This document shows, one piece after another, positions 53,201 to 62,790 of a stretch of 64,000 nt of DNA. The position numbers and the translations under genes were made by a program. Below the pieces are notes generated by a model, which had not been told where the DNA came from, searched no databases, and saw nothing but the letters and a program-made list of their open reading frames with translations. Location of the stretch: NCBI GenBank assembly GCA_040954595.2, contig CM082580.2, positions 6,765,519 to 6,829,518 of the forward strand, given 5' to 3'. The DNA comes from Balanoglossus misakiensis (taxonomy: Eukaryota > Animalia > Hemichordata). The number at the start of each line of letters is the position of its first letter. Within the stretch, counting starts at the first letter, position 1.

Positions 53201-53519
53201 TATTATATTATACCAGTATATTGATGGTGTAAATCACGCTATTTGATTGGTCGAGACACGACACGTGACCGTGATATATTAGCCATATACCACAGTCATA
53301 TATCATAGTCAAAGAAAATGCCTTTTTAAAATGTTTTATGCAAAGTTTCAATATACTGGCATAATATAATAGCAATAAAACACCCCCAGCCATGGTATAC
53401 CACTCGATTTTGACCAGTTCAACTCCATATACGCACTCGCTATCGCTCGTGCGTATATGTCGTGAACTGGTCAAAATCTCGTGGTATACCATGGCTGGGG
53501 GTGTTTTATTGCTCAAATA
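53201..53519. mobile_element. Double-hairpin non-autonomous element (CryptonV-like architecture)
   Basis: A 143-nt hairpin (53371-53513; 33-bp perfect outer arms plus 16- and 11-bp inner stems) abuts a second inverted pair (~53202-53224 / 53348-53370). The unit is flanked by a 14-bp direct repeat TATTATTTATAGTA (53187-53200, 53520-53533). Family assignment is from recalled similarity to AGCAATAA...TTATTGCT-ATTATA...TATAAT repeats, not from a search. Confidence 0.6.
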
Positions 53520-53668
53520 TATTATTTATAGTAGTATAAATAGCTTTCATCAAAATGTGATAGTTTGGTTGGAAGAAAATACCACAGCATTTTCTGAGTA
53601 ACATTGTCAAATATAAATGCAATTTATTTCAAATGTCCCAACTAAAAAAAATACTATGAAATTCTTTG

Positions 53669-56600
53669 CTAAAATGAGAATGATGTTGAATTTATATTAG
53701 GTATATCGGTGAAGTCCACACTACAGTCACCATCCATTATTGCATTGCCATGGTAACCGAGACACGGCGCATCCTCCAGTTCAAACAAAGTGACGGTGTT
53801 GTCTCCCTGCTGAAGTACAGTGGCTGGCACAAACAGCGTGACTTGTGGACCGATGACGGGCCAGTAACGACCTAGGTTGAAACCGTTGATGTACGCTTGA
53901 CCCTGTGGAGAAGATACACACAGTCTGTCAGATGAGTTCTTATGCTAACTTGCGTAGTCCCTGAAAATCTACTAAAATTATTGAACAGTAAGTTAGATTG
54001 GCACAACAGTGGGCCAATTGCATTATACTGAATAACATGCAGGTGTCTCAAGATATGGGCATGTTTGGTTAAAAAAGTTTTGATCAAAGTTTTTATAGTG
54101 TGTTTCTTTCTAAAAATGAGTGAGCAAACACAGAACTATAGGATAAAAAGAGGGAAATGATAGAGTATTTAATTTAGCATTCTGCCCCATTCATTGCTCT
54201 ATTCTCCCACCTTTGTCCATCCCTTTGGGTTGAGAAAAGTGTCTTGAAGTTTATCCACCGTCAGTGTTCCACGGAAGAATGTCGGCACTTGAAGAGTTGA
54301 CGAAGAGCTCGGAAGAAGCTTAGTCACACCCGAGCCTTTTCTGTCAACATGGCTTGGGTCGATCACTGCGTCTAAATCCAGAGAGTATATCCTCCAGGGT
54401 TGAAGTACAGCGCCCCCTAGGGTCACATTACCGACGATTCCCTTTGATTCATTCATGTATATGCCCGCACTCAAACGTCCCTGGTTTTCCACCAAGATGT
54501 CCAATGTAGCGCCTGTTGTCGTGGTAACATTCAGTGTTGTGCTACTTGGGGTATAGTCAGTTTTCCTTGACAACAAACCAACAGGTTCCTACAATGTGGA
54601 TGAAGAATGATTAAAAAAATTGACATTTTGTTAATTAAACTGCCTGCAACTTATATGGTAGATATTGTTTTACACTCTCGACAGGCTGAAGTTTTGGTGC
54701 CAAGACAATACGAATTATCTATGTATTTCTAAAGCAAATTAGAAAACTAAACTAAAGTGATGAAGAAAAATGACCATCCGATGTCATCTGTGAAATAATA
54801 GTTTCTTGACTTTCTGAAAAACATAACTACTAGAGTGAATCCTCAGGTTCAAACTTAGGTGCAAGATCTTACCTTATTGATGAATACATATCCTCTGTCT
54901 CTGATACCAGGCACACTGAGAACCGAGTTGGTGTTATCTGATGTTAGAATTGTTCTGTACAACATGAACCCATAACTCTGAAAATGAACGATAATCTTTC
55001 ATCACTTTCTGAGGAAACTCCTTAATGGACACTTTCCAATGAAAAGACTTTTCTTCACACAAATGACTAATATGTGGATTAATGTCAAGTACACTGCTCA
55101 GAAGTTTGGTATCAAATATACAGAGCTCATCTGTTGCCATGGTGACAGTGTCTGTGTCTATATTACGCTGATTGTGAACAGCGGCCCAATAGCTATTTAG
55201 CATTACCATGCCAATACCTGTTGCATATCTTCCATAGTGATGGGGTAGGTCGATTTGATTGGTCCAAACGGTGCCATGGTGTCGAGTTCATCATAGAAGG
55301 ACGCCATCTTGGACAGTGTCACCTTTCCGTAGTTTGATTTGGGAGTTGCCGGTGGTATTGGATCAGGCGGTAAACTGCGGTACTGGAATAAAACAAATGT
55401 TGAGGAAATAGACAAGGAATATAGTTTGGAATTTTGGCCCTGATACATAACCAAAAATCTAAAAAGAAAGACAATTATAATTTTTCATTTTTATTTTATA
55501 TGAACATTTTTAGTATTCTGATATTTTAGTGATAAACACACAGCTTTCTAAACGGAGGCGCTTCATAAAACAGGATTGTGGAGAGCGCCCCCAAGTGACA
55601 AATCTTTCCAGATACTAGGAAATGTGTGCAAACTATTTTCCCACCAAAATATATCTTCTGATTGACAGGGATGCAATGTGGGAACTGTACCTTACTGATG
55701 AGTTGTCTGATTTGCATATATTTGTCGGTCGGGTCTCCAGCCTCGCTCAATGGGGCGTCATAGTCATAGCTGTTTATTTGTGGTTTGTACTCCCCTTTGG
55801 TTTTGGCAAAGTCTGCTCCATTCCAAAAACCAAACGTCGTACCACCTTCAAACATGTACCTGTGACCAGAACACACAAAATAAGTTATTTTTGAAGAAAA
55901 TTTACAGTCATATAGGAAGACAGTTAATATACACCAGAAACAAGAAAACTTAGAAGTGTTTAGGGCTTACTTCATACTCACATGTTTACTGATGCATTCA
56001 TAGAAAGCATTTTATCCAGCGATTTTAAAATCATCTCCGTCTGGACCGTGTGATGTTCCTCCCCCCAGTGATCCAACCAACCAGGGTAGAACTCTGTGTT
56101 TACCTTGACAACAAGACATACAAAATGGCCACAAATGGGAGGAAAGAATTTCACCATAGCAACGCCGCAGCAGACCTCTACCCGAGTTTGTTACACAGGC
56201 ACTACCAATCAAACATGAAAGTTTAATTGTTTTACAAAATACACGTATTGTGCCCCAAGTGCCTTATTTTAGTGGACAGTTTCTCACTAAAGGGGCATTT
56301 AAAATATCTTAAATGAACACCACAGTAGTTAACTGTTATTTATTTTTCCATAGTCACTTCAGTCTACAATTTTGTTAGCTGAAACCAAGATCCTTTATAA
56401 AAGTATCAGTATATAACTTACTAGAGGTCCATTGGGTTGATGTTTCCTCAGCAATTTAAAACACGTCTCCGGGTCTTTGGCTGAAATTGCAACAAACAGA
56501 GCGTGATTCTAACATTGCATTGCAGTCAACATAGTGCAAATAATTAATTCACTAGATTCTATTCTATTCCTATATTTTGCTGCAATAAAAAACTGCCCTA

Positions 56601-58491
56601 AATCCATGAGACTCACTTGTTCCAAAATCAATAGTTGTGAACAACTCTTTCAATGTGCCACATTCGAGGCTGCTGTCCTGGTTGCCATCGACAGTGAACA
56701 AGACAACATCCTTTCCGACATGCTCAATGACCTTGGTTCTGAGTTGTCTCAGGTAGTCGTAGTCGCAGGCTCCATAACTACCATACTCATTCTCAATCTG
56801 TAATCAGTGAAATTAAATTAAATTAAATTAAATTAAATTAAAAATTCAATCAAATGAAATTCAATTCAATTTTGAATTCAATTAAATTAAATTGCCGGTC
56901 ATGATTTATTCTCTGGTAAATTTAATCTATCGCACAAATCAGTCTCGTCATATCTTGACATCAAAGCTTCTAGCTGGAGAATGCAAGAGCACTGTATCAC
57001 CTGCAAAGAGATGACAGGCCCACCATTTTTGTACAGGTATGGCTTTATGACCTCTGTCAGTACAGCCATCCAGTTCAGAACCGGATTCAGATATCTGGGA
57101 TCAGACGTCCGCAGACGGATGCCGGGGTTGTCCTTCAGCAGCCAGGAAGGAAGGCCTCCCTGCAATGGAATGAGATGAGATGGCAAGTCAGGCAACGTCT
57201 AGTTAAGTCAGGAGAATGGAGTTGGACTGATGGGCATGCGTACTTAGCAACAGTGTTATGTCATCCTGTTGGACAGGAAGGAAGGAAATTTAACTGGGGA
57301 TACTGCGCATGTTGGAAGCCAGTGGTTGTGTGATAAAAAGTCTTCTTGGAGGTTAAACATTTTTAATGTCTGCAAAAATTCATAATCTTTTTTCGTCCCT
57401 TAGCCCTCTCACCCCATTTCCCTCTATAGGGGTCCAGGTTTACCATAGAAAACAATGGAATCGGACCAAACCAATGTGGTGAAAGGATTAAGACAACCAA
57501 TCATCCTACCATGTCCCATTCAGCATCGATGTATGGTCCAATTCTTGCGATGACCACCAGCCCTGTATCATTGGCTGTCTGCAAAAATGTGGTCAAGTCA
57601 GCTTGGCCCTTAAAGTTATACTGCCCTGGTTTGGGTTCATGAAGATTCCAGGGAACATATCTGAAGGAAAAAAAGAGAAACAGAAACAAAAAAAATATGG
57701 CTAGTAGTCATTGAAAATCTGATTTTCAAGAAATCAGTCTTCCCCAAGGTACATAATACCTTAACAAGAACTCAACCAATCAGATTTTCAATCAGGCAAC
57801 TCTGTTCTGAAAAATTGCTTACTTTACTCACATCTGTACGGCATTGAGTCCAGCTGTGTACATTTTCTTCAGTCTATCTTGCCAATAATCTTTTGGTACT
57901 CTGGCATAGTGTATGCTTCCAGAGATGTACCGGAACGGCTCTCCATCTTTCATGAAAGTGTTCTTCTCATAATCAATACTAAATGACCTCCCAGTGACCT
58001 TCACAGGGTCAAAGGCCATTACAGAAATGAAAATAAAAACCAAGAGTTGAAAAAATGGATGTCGACCAGACCAGAGAACTTTAGACTCTCTACATGAAAG
58101 GAGAGAGTCTAAAGTTGTACCAGTAATAAGCCATCAGTGCTCTACTACAGTTGTAGGACCATGTGGTTGCCAAGGGCCTTTTAATCAGGGGGGGGGGAAC
58201 AACAGAAATCATTAATGTAACAATTAGAGAGTGTTATGCAAATTAACAATGGACCTATCAAAACTTTGTGGGCAGAACACTCCCGCCTCATCCAAACTAC
58301 ATGATCAAATGTTAAGTCTGTATTTTGTAAACAAAACAAGAAGAAAATGGCCCATTTCCTTTTATACTGAATATTATTTTGACTAACACATTCGTTATCA
58401 TATTTAAGGGGTTCCTCACCTGAATTCCCATCAACGCGACCAGCAACCAATAAGCAAATATTAAAGATCGCACGATTCGCTTATATTCCAT
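53669..58491 (-). CDS. GLB1: Lysosomal beta-galactosidase-like GH35, copy B (divergent active site), 653 aa, 12 exons
   Basis: Exons 58491-58420 (signal peptide [24 protein letters not shown]), 57998-57832, 57660-57510, 57159-57001, 56797-56617, 56480-56422, 56103-55982, 55859-55691, 55382-55218, 54977-54873, 54588-54211 and 53902-53669 (TAG) total 1962 nt with no stops or frameshifts. Exon lengths mostly equal copy A. Both catalytic Glu are kept ([15 protein letters not shown]). Confidence 0.93.
56810..56893. repeat. (AAATT/CAATT)n pentanucleotide repeat just upstream of a GLB1 copy B acceptor site
   Basis: Degenerate pentamer array read directly; it starts about 11 nt from the intron 4 AG. 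Confidence 0.85.
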
Positions 58492-59207
58492 CTCTGCAGT
58501 CTACAAACCAGTGCGGAGTTTTCCCAGGGCAGGCTAATATCGATATATCAGGGAGGATCAGGATGTTTTGAGGTCATGTGATCATAAAAAGTCAGGTGAC
58601 ATTGTCGCTATGTGTGACCTTGCTATACAAACATTGTTGCGTTCGTTCGTGGATCTAGACTCGGAAACATGACGGTAGAAGGGGTTAGTACCTTAATACG
58701 AAGCGATTGGCGAGCAGAGTACTGCCAAAAAAGTGAACGTGACACCCCAAAGAGTTGCGATCACTTTCGTGGGGTTCGACAAGTTGACGGTAATTTGTGT
58801 AGGGTGCGTTTTAGTCAACGATTGCGGGCTTGTTTAATTTCAATGACGACGTCGATGGAATGGAACTAGAGCTGGCGTTCCGACACCACGCCTGTGTGTG
58901 CCCTGGTAGCGGCAGAAAAACCTTTTTTAAAGCCAAACTTGTCACAGTGATAAGTTGATTACAAGCGAAATTTACTTTTTAAACTAAACGCGCTTGAGCT
59001 AAAGACCGTGTGGGCGTGTCCCCATTAGGCCTCAGACGTAAACATCGAGGTCGCACAAGGTCACAATCAGGTCACACAATACAATCCAGCATATGAATAT
59101 CTATCTTACGGTACCACAAAGCGGTTGGCACTGTAGCCCTTATCATCTACGCCATTTCTCTTGGCGAGAACTTTGCGTACACTCGAAAATCATTACCACA
59201 TTGCGAG
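58492..59207. promoter_or_regulatory. Divergent promoter region GLB1 copy B / JmjC gene, with M-box/CLEAR-like sites
   Basis: 716 bp CpG-rich interval between divergent ATGs, containing GTCATGTGAT (58573-58582) and GTCAGGTGAC (58591-58600). Confidence 0.5.
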
Positions 59208-60224
59208 ATGCCTTTTCAGTTTGACAACGAAGCGATTGAAATTCCCAGGCGCTCTGACATGACCCGGGAGTTGTTCAACCGCTACAGAAATAAAAAGCCG
59301 GTCGTTTTGACGGACACGATTTCGGAGTGGCTGCCGGTAACATCGTGGAGTTCGGACTACCTCGAAACGGCTCTGTCGAAAGACAGCGACAAATTGTCCG
59401 TATTCGTGTCCCACGACAACCGGCATTTCATAAACCACCCGAATGTGACCAAACTCGTTTCCATGCCAAGCGGCGAATTCTTCAGTAAAGTTTTCGCGGG
59501 TGCCGAAAGTTGCCAGAAAGAGGAAGAAGGGATCCGAGAGCGTGTTTATTTGAGAACATTCTCCATGCCAACGACACTGTACAGAGACATTGCAATTCCG
59601 GCCCAAGTCAAGTCACTGGTACAGAGAATATACGACCCAATGTCAAACGGCAGGCCAAAAAGTCGTCTATTAAAACAGAGTGCCGAGGAATCTTCTTCGG
59701 TCGCATCAGATGTAACAAATAAAAGTCAGTCCTGTCTGCATGACAAGACAAGTGCAAAACAGACTGGTGAAGTTGGACAATGCGACTGCGCGTGTAAAGA
59801 TGAAACAGTGTTCCCGAATTACCCTTTCTTCAATCAAAACACGATGCAGTTATGGATCGGCACCCGCGGGAACGTGACTCCGTTACACTACGACCGAAAC
59901 CACGGCTTGTTGGCTCAAATCGTCGGCCGCAAAGAGCTGGTGCTCTTCTCAGCCGAGGACACCGCCAACGTGTACCCGTACCCGAGCTACACCGACCGGG
60001 CTCACACGAGCCGGGTGAATCTGAGAGAGCTGGACGTTGAGGGGGAGCGGTTCCCGAAGCTGGAGCAAGCACAGCGCTACCACTGCGTCCTGCAGCCCGG
60101 GGAACTTCTCTACATGCCGCCGTTCTGGTGGCACGACGTCACATCTCTGGATGACTGTGTTTCAGTAACGCTGCCCTGGGATCTGGACGCATCTGACCCG
60201 ATACCTGCAGCAATGCTGCTTTGA
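59208..60224 (+). CDS. Intronless JmjC-only Fe(II)/2-oxoglutarate oxygenase (Cupin_8; HIF1AN/KDM8/HSPBAP1-like), 338 aa
   Basis: Single 1017-nt ORF. N-terminal KPVVLTD..W...W..DYL; HxD...H triad in GNVTPLHYD and PPFWWHDV; QIVGRK (2OG Lys); VLQPGELLYMP. The exact ortholog cannot be assigned. Confidence 0.88.
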   Translation: MPFQFDNEAIEIPRRSDMTRELFNRYRNKKPVVLTDTISEWLPVTSWSSDYLETALSKDSDKLSVFVSHDNRHFINHPNVTKLVSMPSGEFFSKVFAGAESCQKEEEGIRERVYLRTFSMPTTLYRDIAIPAQVKSLVQRIYDPMSNGRPKSRLLKQSAEESSSVASDVTNKSQSCLHDKTSAKQTGEVGQCDCACKDETVFPNYPFFNQNTMQLWIGTRGNVTPLHYDRNHGLLAQIVGRKELVLFSAEDTANVYPYPSYTDRAHTSRVNLRELDVEGERFPKLEQAQRYHCVLQPGELLYMPPFWWHDVTSLDDCVSVTLPWDLDASDPIPAAMLL

Positions 60225-62776
60225 CCTCTGCATGTGCAGGCTATTGCCCGGAGGCTATTGCCCGCCCCCGTTCGTACACGTGACGTCACTGCGTGCGATG
60301 CTGCCACCAAAGCGTTTCGACTGCTGCAGGGATAGAGCTGTGTGTTTTGGAATTTGGCGGATCGGTGAGCAATAGTGCGTTGGTAGGACTTTAAAAAGTC
60401 AAAATCAACTCAAAATAATGATAATTTCTTTCACGAAACAAAAGCATCACAACTTAACAAGCCTGGTTAGTGAAAAGGATCATGTCACGGAGAATACCAT
60501 CGGAATCTTATCCCAAGTCTTGCCAACCACTTCCAAAATCAAGACTGTATAGAGTAGGCCTATTGCAAATTGAAAATCACTACCTCAATGATAGATGATA
60601 TTTCGAAACCTATTTAGACACATTCTTACTCTCTTTTTACAAAAAAGTATATTACCGGAGTGTTTTTTATCTAGTATGAACGATTTGTCCAATACATTTT
60701 AACATGGGTGTTCATCAATTTGTACTTTTAGTATAATTTGAAGTTTTTATTTTAACTTTTGACAGAAAGGGAAGGTTCCTTTTAATTTTTTCTAGCAATA
60801 GCTGAAGGGACACAAACTTTACCTTTTATCGACGTTCATCATTTTGTTCTGCACGTTTGCAGTTTTCTGTTCTTCCTATAACACTTTGAAATGTCCAGTA
60901 CTGTAGTCTGCGGGCCATACAGCCGGCGGAGGGACTCAGCGAGACAGGGTGTATACATAGGGTCTGTAAAACACTCACACACAAGAAGGTCACGTGTCAA
61001 GAACACAAGCTTTATTCACAGCTTACACACAAACACAACATTGAACAAAAAAAAAATTATACAAAATAATGTAAGACTTTTAAAACTATAATGATATGTG
61101 TAGACTACATACGTACATCAATCTCTGAATACAATCGGTGTAATTTCCAAAATTGTGAATTCAAAAGAGTACATTAATTCTAAATCGTATTGCTGAGCGA
61201 ACGACAGGTGTGAGGAGGCTCTACCAAAGATTAGTTCAACCTCGGCTTCCACCACAACACGAACAGAACCGGAAAATGCCTACAGCGGGATTATAGAATA
61301 GCTTCATGATCGGACTGTGGGGTTAGCTCGTTCACAAGTAGGCGTAACTTGCCTAACACATCCTAATAGTAATACCAAAAAAAAAAATCTACTCGGCAAA
61401 ATCAAAGGGTTTTCTTTAGAGTATCAACGTACTTCAGATTAAGAACAAACCCTTTTTGAATTAAATAATTTAAATAGAACTTTTCAATCCATCTCTTTCA
61501 CAAAATCTTCGGGACAATCTTTTTCTACATGAAACGACATCGCGCGCTTCTCTTCCGCAAAGATCGCGTGGGGGCTCAACAAGGGTTTATAAATATAAAG
61601 TAAAACAATCCAACGACTTCAATATTTCTGAAAGTCGACATAAATCTCTCTCCGCGGGCTCTGTTCTACTTTCAGAGGAATGGTGTCGATTATTCTTGTA
61701 CATGACGTATAAAATGAATTCGTGAAGTCAAATGTTACACACTGACGCATGGCGTGGGCGTTCTACATAAAAATTTAAAATTATGTTTAGCCACCCATGC
61801 TTGGTCGAATATCAATAAGATTTAATCCGATTGTTGAAAAATGCAAAAACCACCTACGTGAATAATTTCATTCGGATTACATTATCGTAAAGACTATTGT
61901 AATTATTATACGATTCAGAGAGACACGTGATATATTCTGGCGTTGTGTGAAATTATTTCTAAGGTGACATACTGTAGCGAATATTTCATAAAGTACAATT
62001 TTCAAATAGCAAGGAAGACACATAATTTGTAATTGTTGCAATAAATGTAAGTTTTTGGAATTCGGATATTTATTATATTAAAATGAAAATTAGTCAATAA
62101 AAGGGGAAAATGACGGAAGTATAGTTTTAAAATGTATTTTCCTATCTATACATTTTAATATTCCGAGCGGAAAAAGTACAGAGTGGGGTATTGGTTTGAA
62201 ATCACTGTGCACTAAAGCGTGCTATGGATGGAGATTAGCCTATATGCTGTAAATCTGTGTTGGGTGACAGTTATAGCGTGAAAAACAGAATACAGCACGT
62301 GTGTGGGTGGATGGATAAAAACTTATATCTTTGGTTGTGCAGATTACTACTAAGCGAATTTCGCAAGACTAAAAGATAAAATGTGAATGATCATTTGGGG
62401 GTATTTAAAAACAACGAATACATAGTCCACTTTAAGGAAGTAAAGCACCATTTGCGGTAATATTTTTAGAACTTGAAGACGCCGTGGCAGTATTTGATAC
62501 CTTAGCAAAGCCATTAAGATCACATGGTGATTGAATGCGTGAGGGAATGACGACTCCTATAGAAAATATTTGCAATTCATCAAAAAAACGCTATTTATAT
62601 AGATTCGGTAGATTGATCTATAAGCTACTTTGATACACTTATCTCCCTCCATCGCCTAATTACTAGTAAAAGATTTACGCTGAATAATATACGTAGTTTA
62701 ACGCAATTTAAACCTACAATCAGTTGTCTGTTCTAGAAAAAATGACCACACCCCACTCTCGGAGTCAGTGTAAAGT

Positions 62777-62790
62777 GTGCCCTCTAGTGG
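62777..62790 (-). promoter_or_regulatory. CTCF-binding motif
   Basis: The minus strand reads CCACTAGAGGGCAC, a close match to the bilaterian CTCF core, within a CpG-rich patch with a nearby CCAAT. Confidence 0.5.

Noticed and set aside
53371-53513. Hairpin as pre-miRNA or hammerhead retrozyme
   Set aside because: No CTGANGA/GAAA hammerhead core was seen, the stem is longer than a typical pre-miRNA, and it is embedded in a repeat-like element with flanking direct repeats.
53208-53601. Overlapping ORFs on both strands sharing WYTMAGGVLLL
   Set aside because: Artefact of the palindromic element; not coding.
57999-58133. Hydrophobic in-frame extension upstream of GLB1 copy B exon 2 that mimics a signal peptide
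   Set aside because: There is no suitable in-frame ATG, and it is the T-rich intron tract. A proper signal-peptide exon with a GTGAG donor exists at 58491-58420 and gives a 167-nt exon 2 identical in length to copy A.
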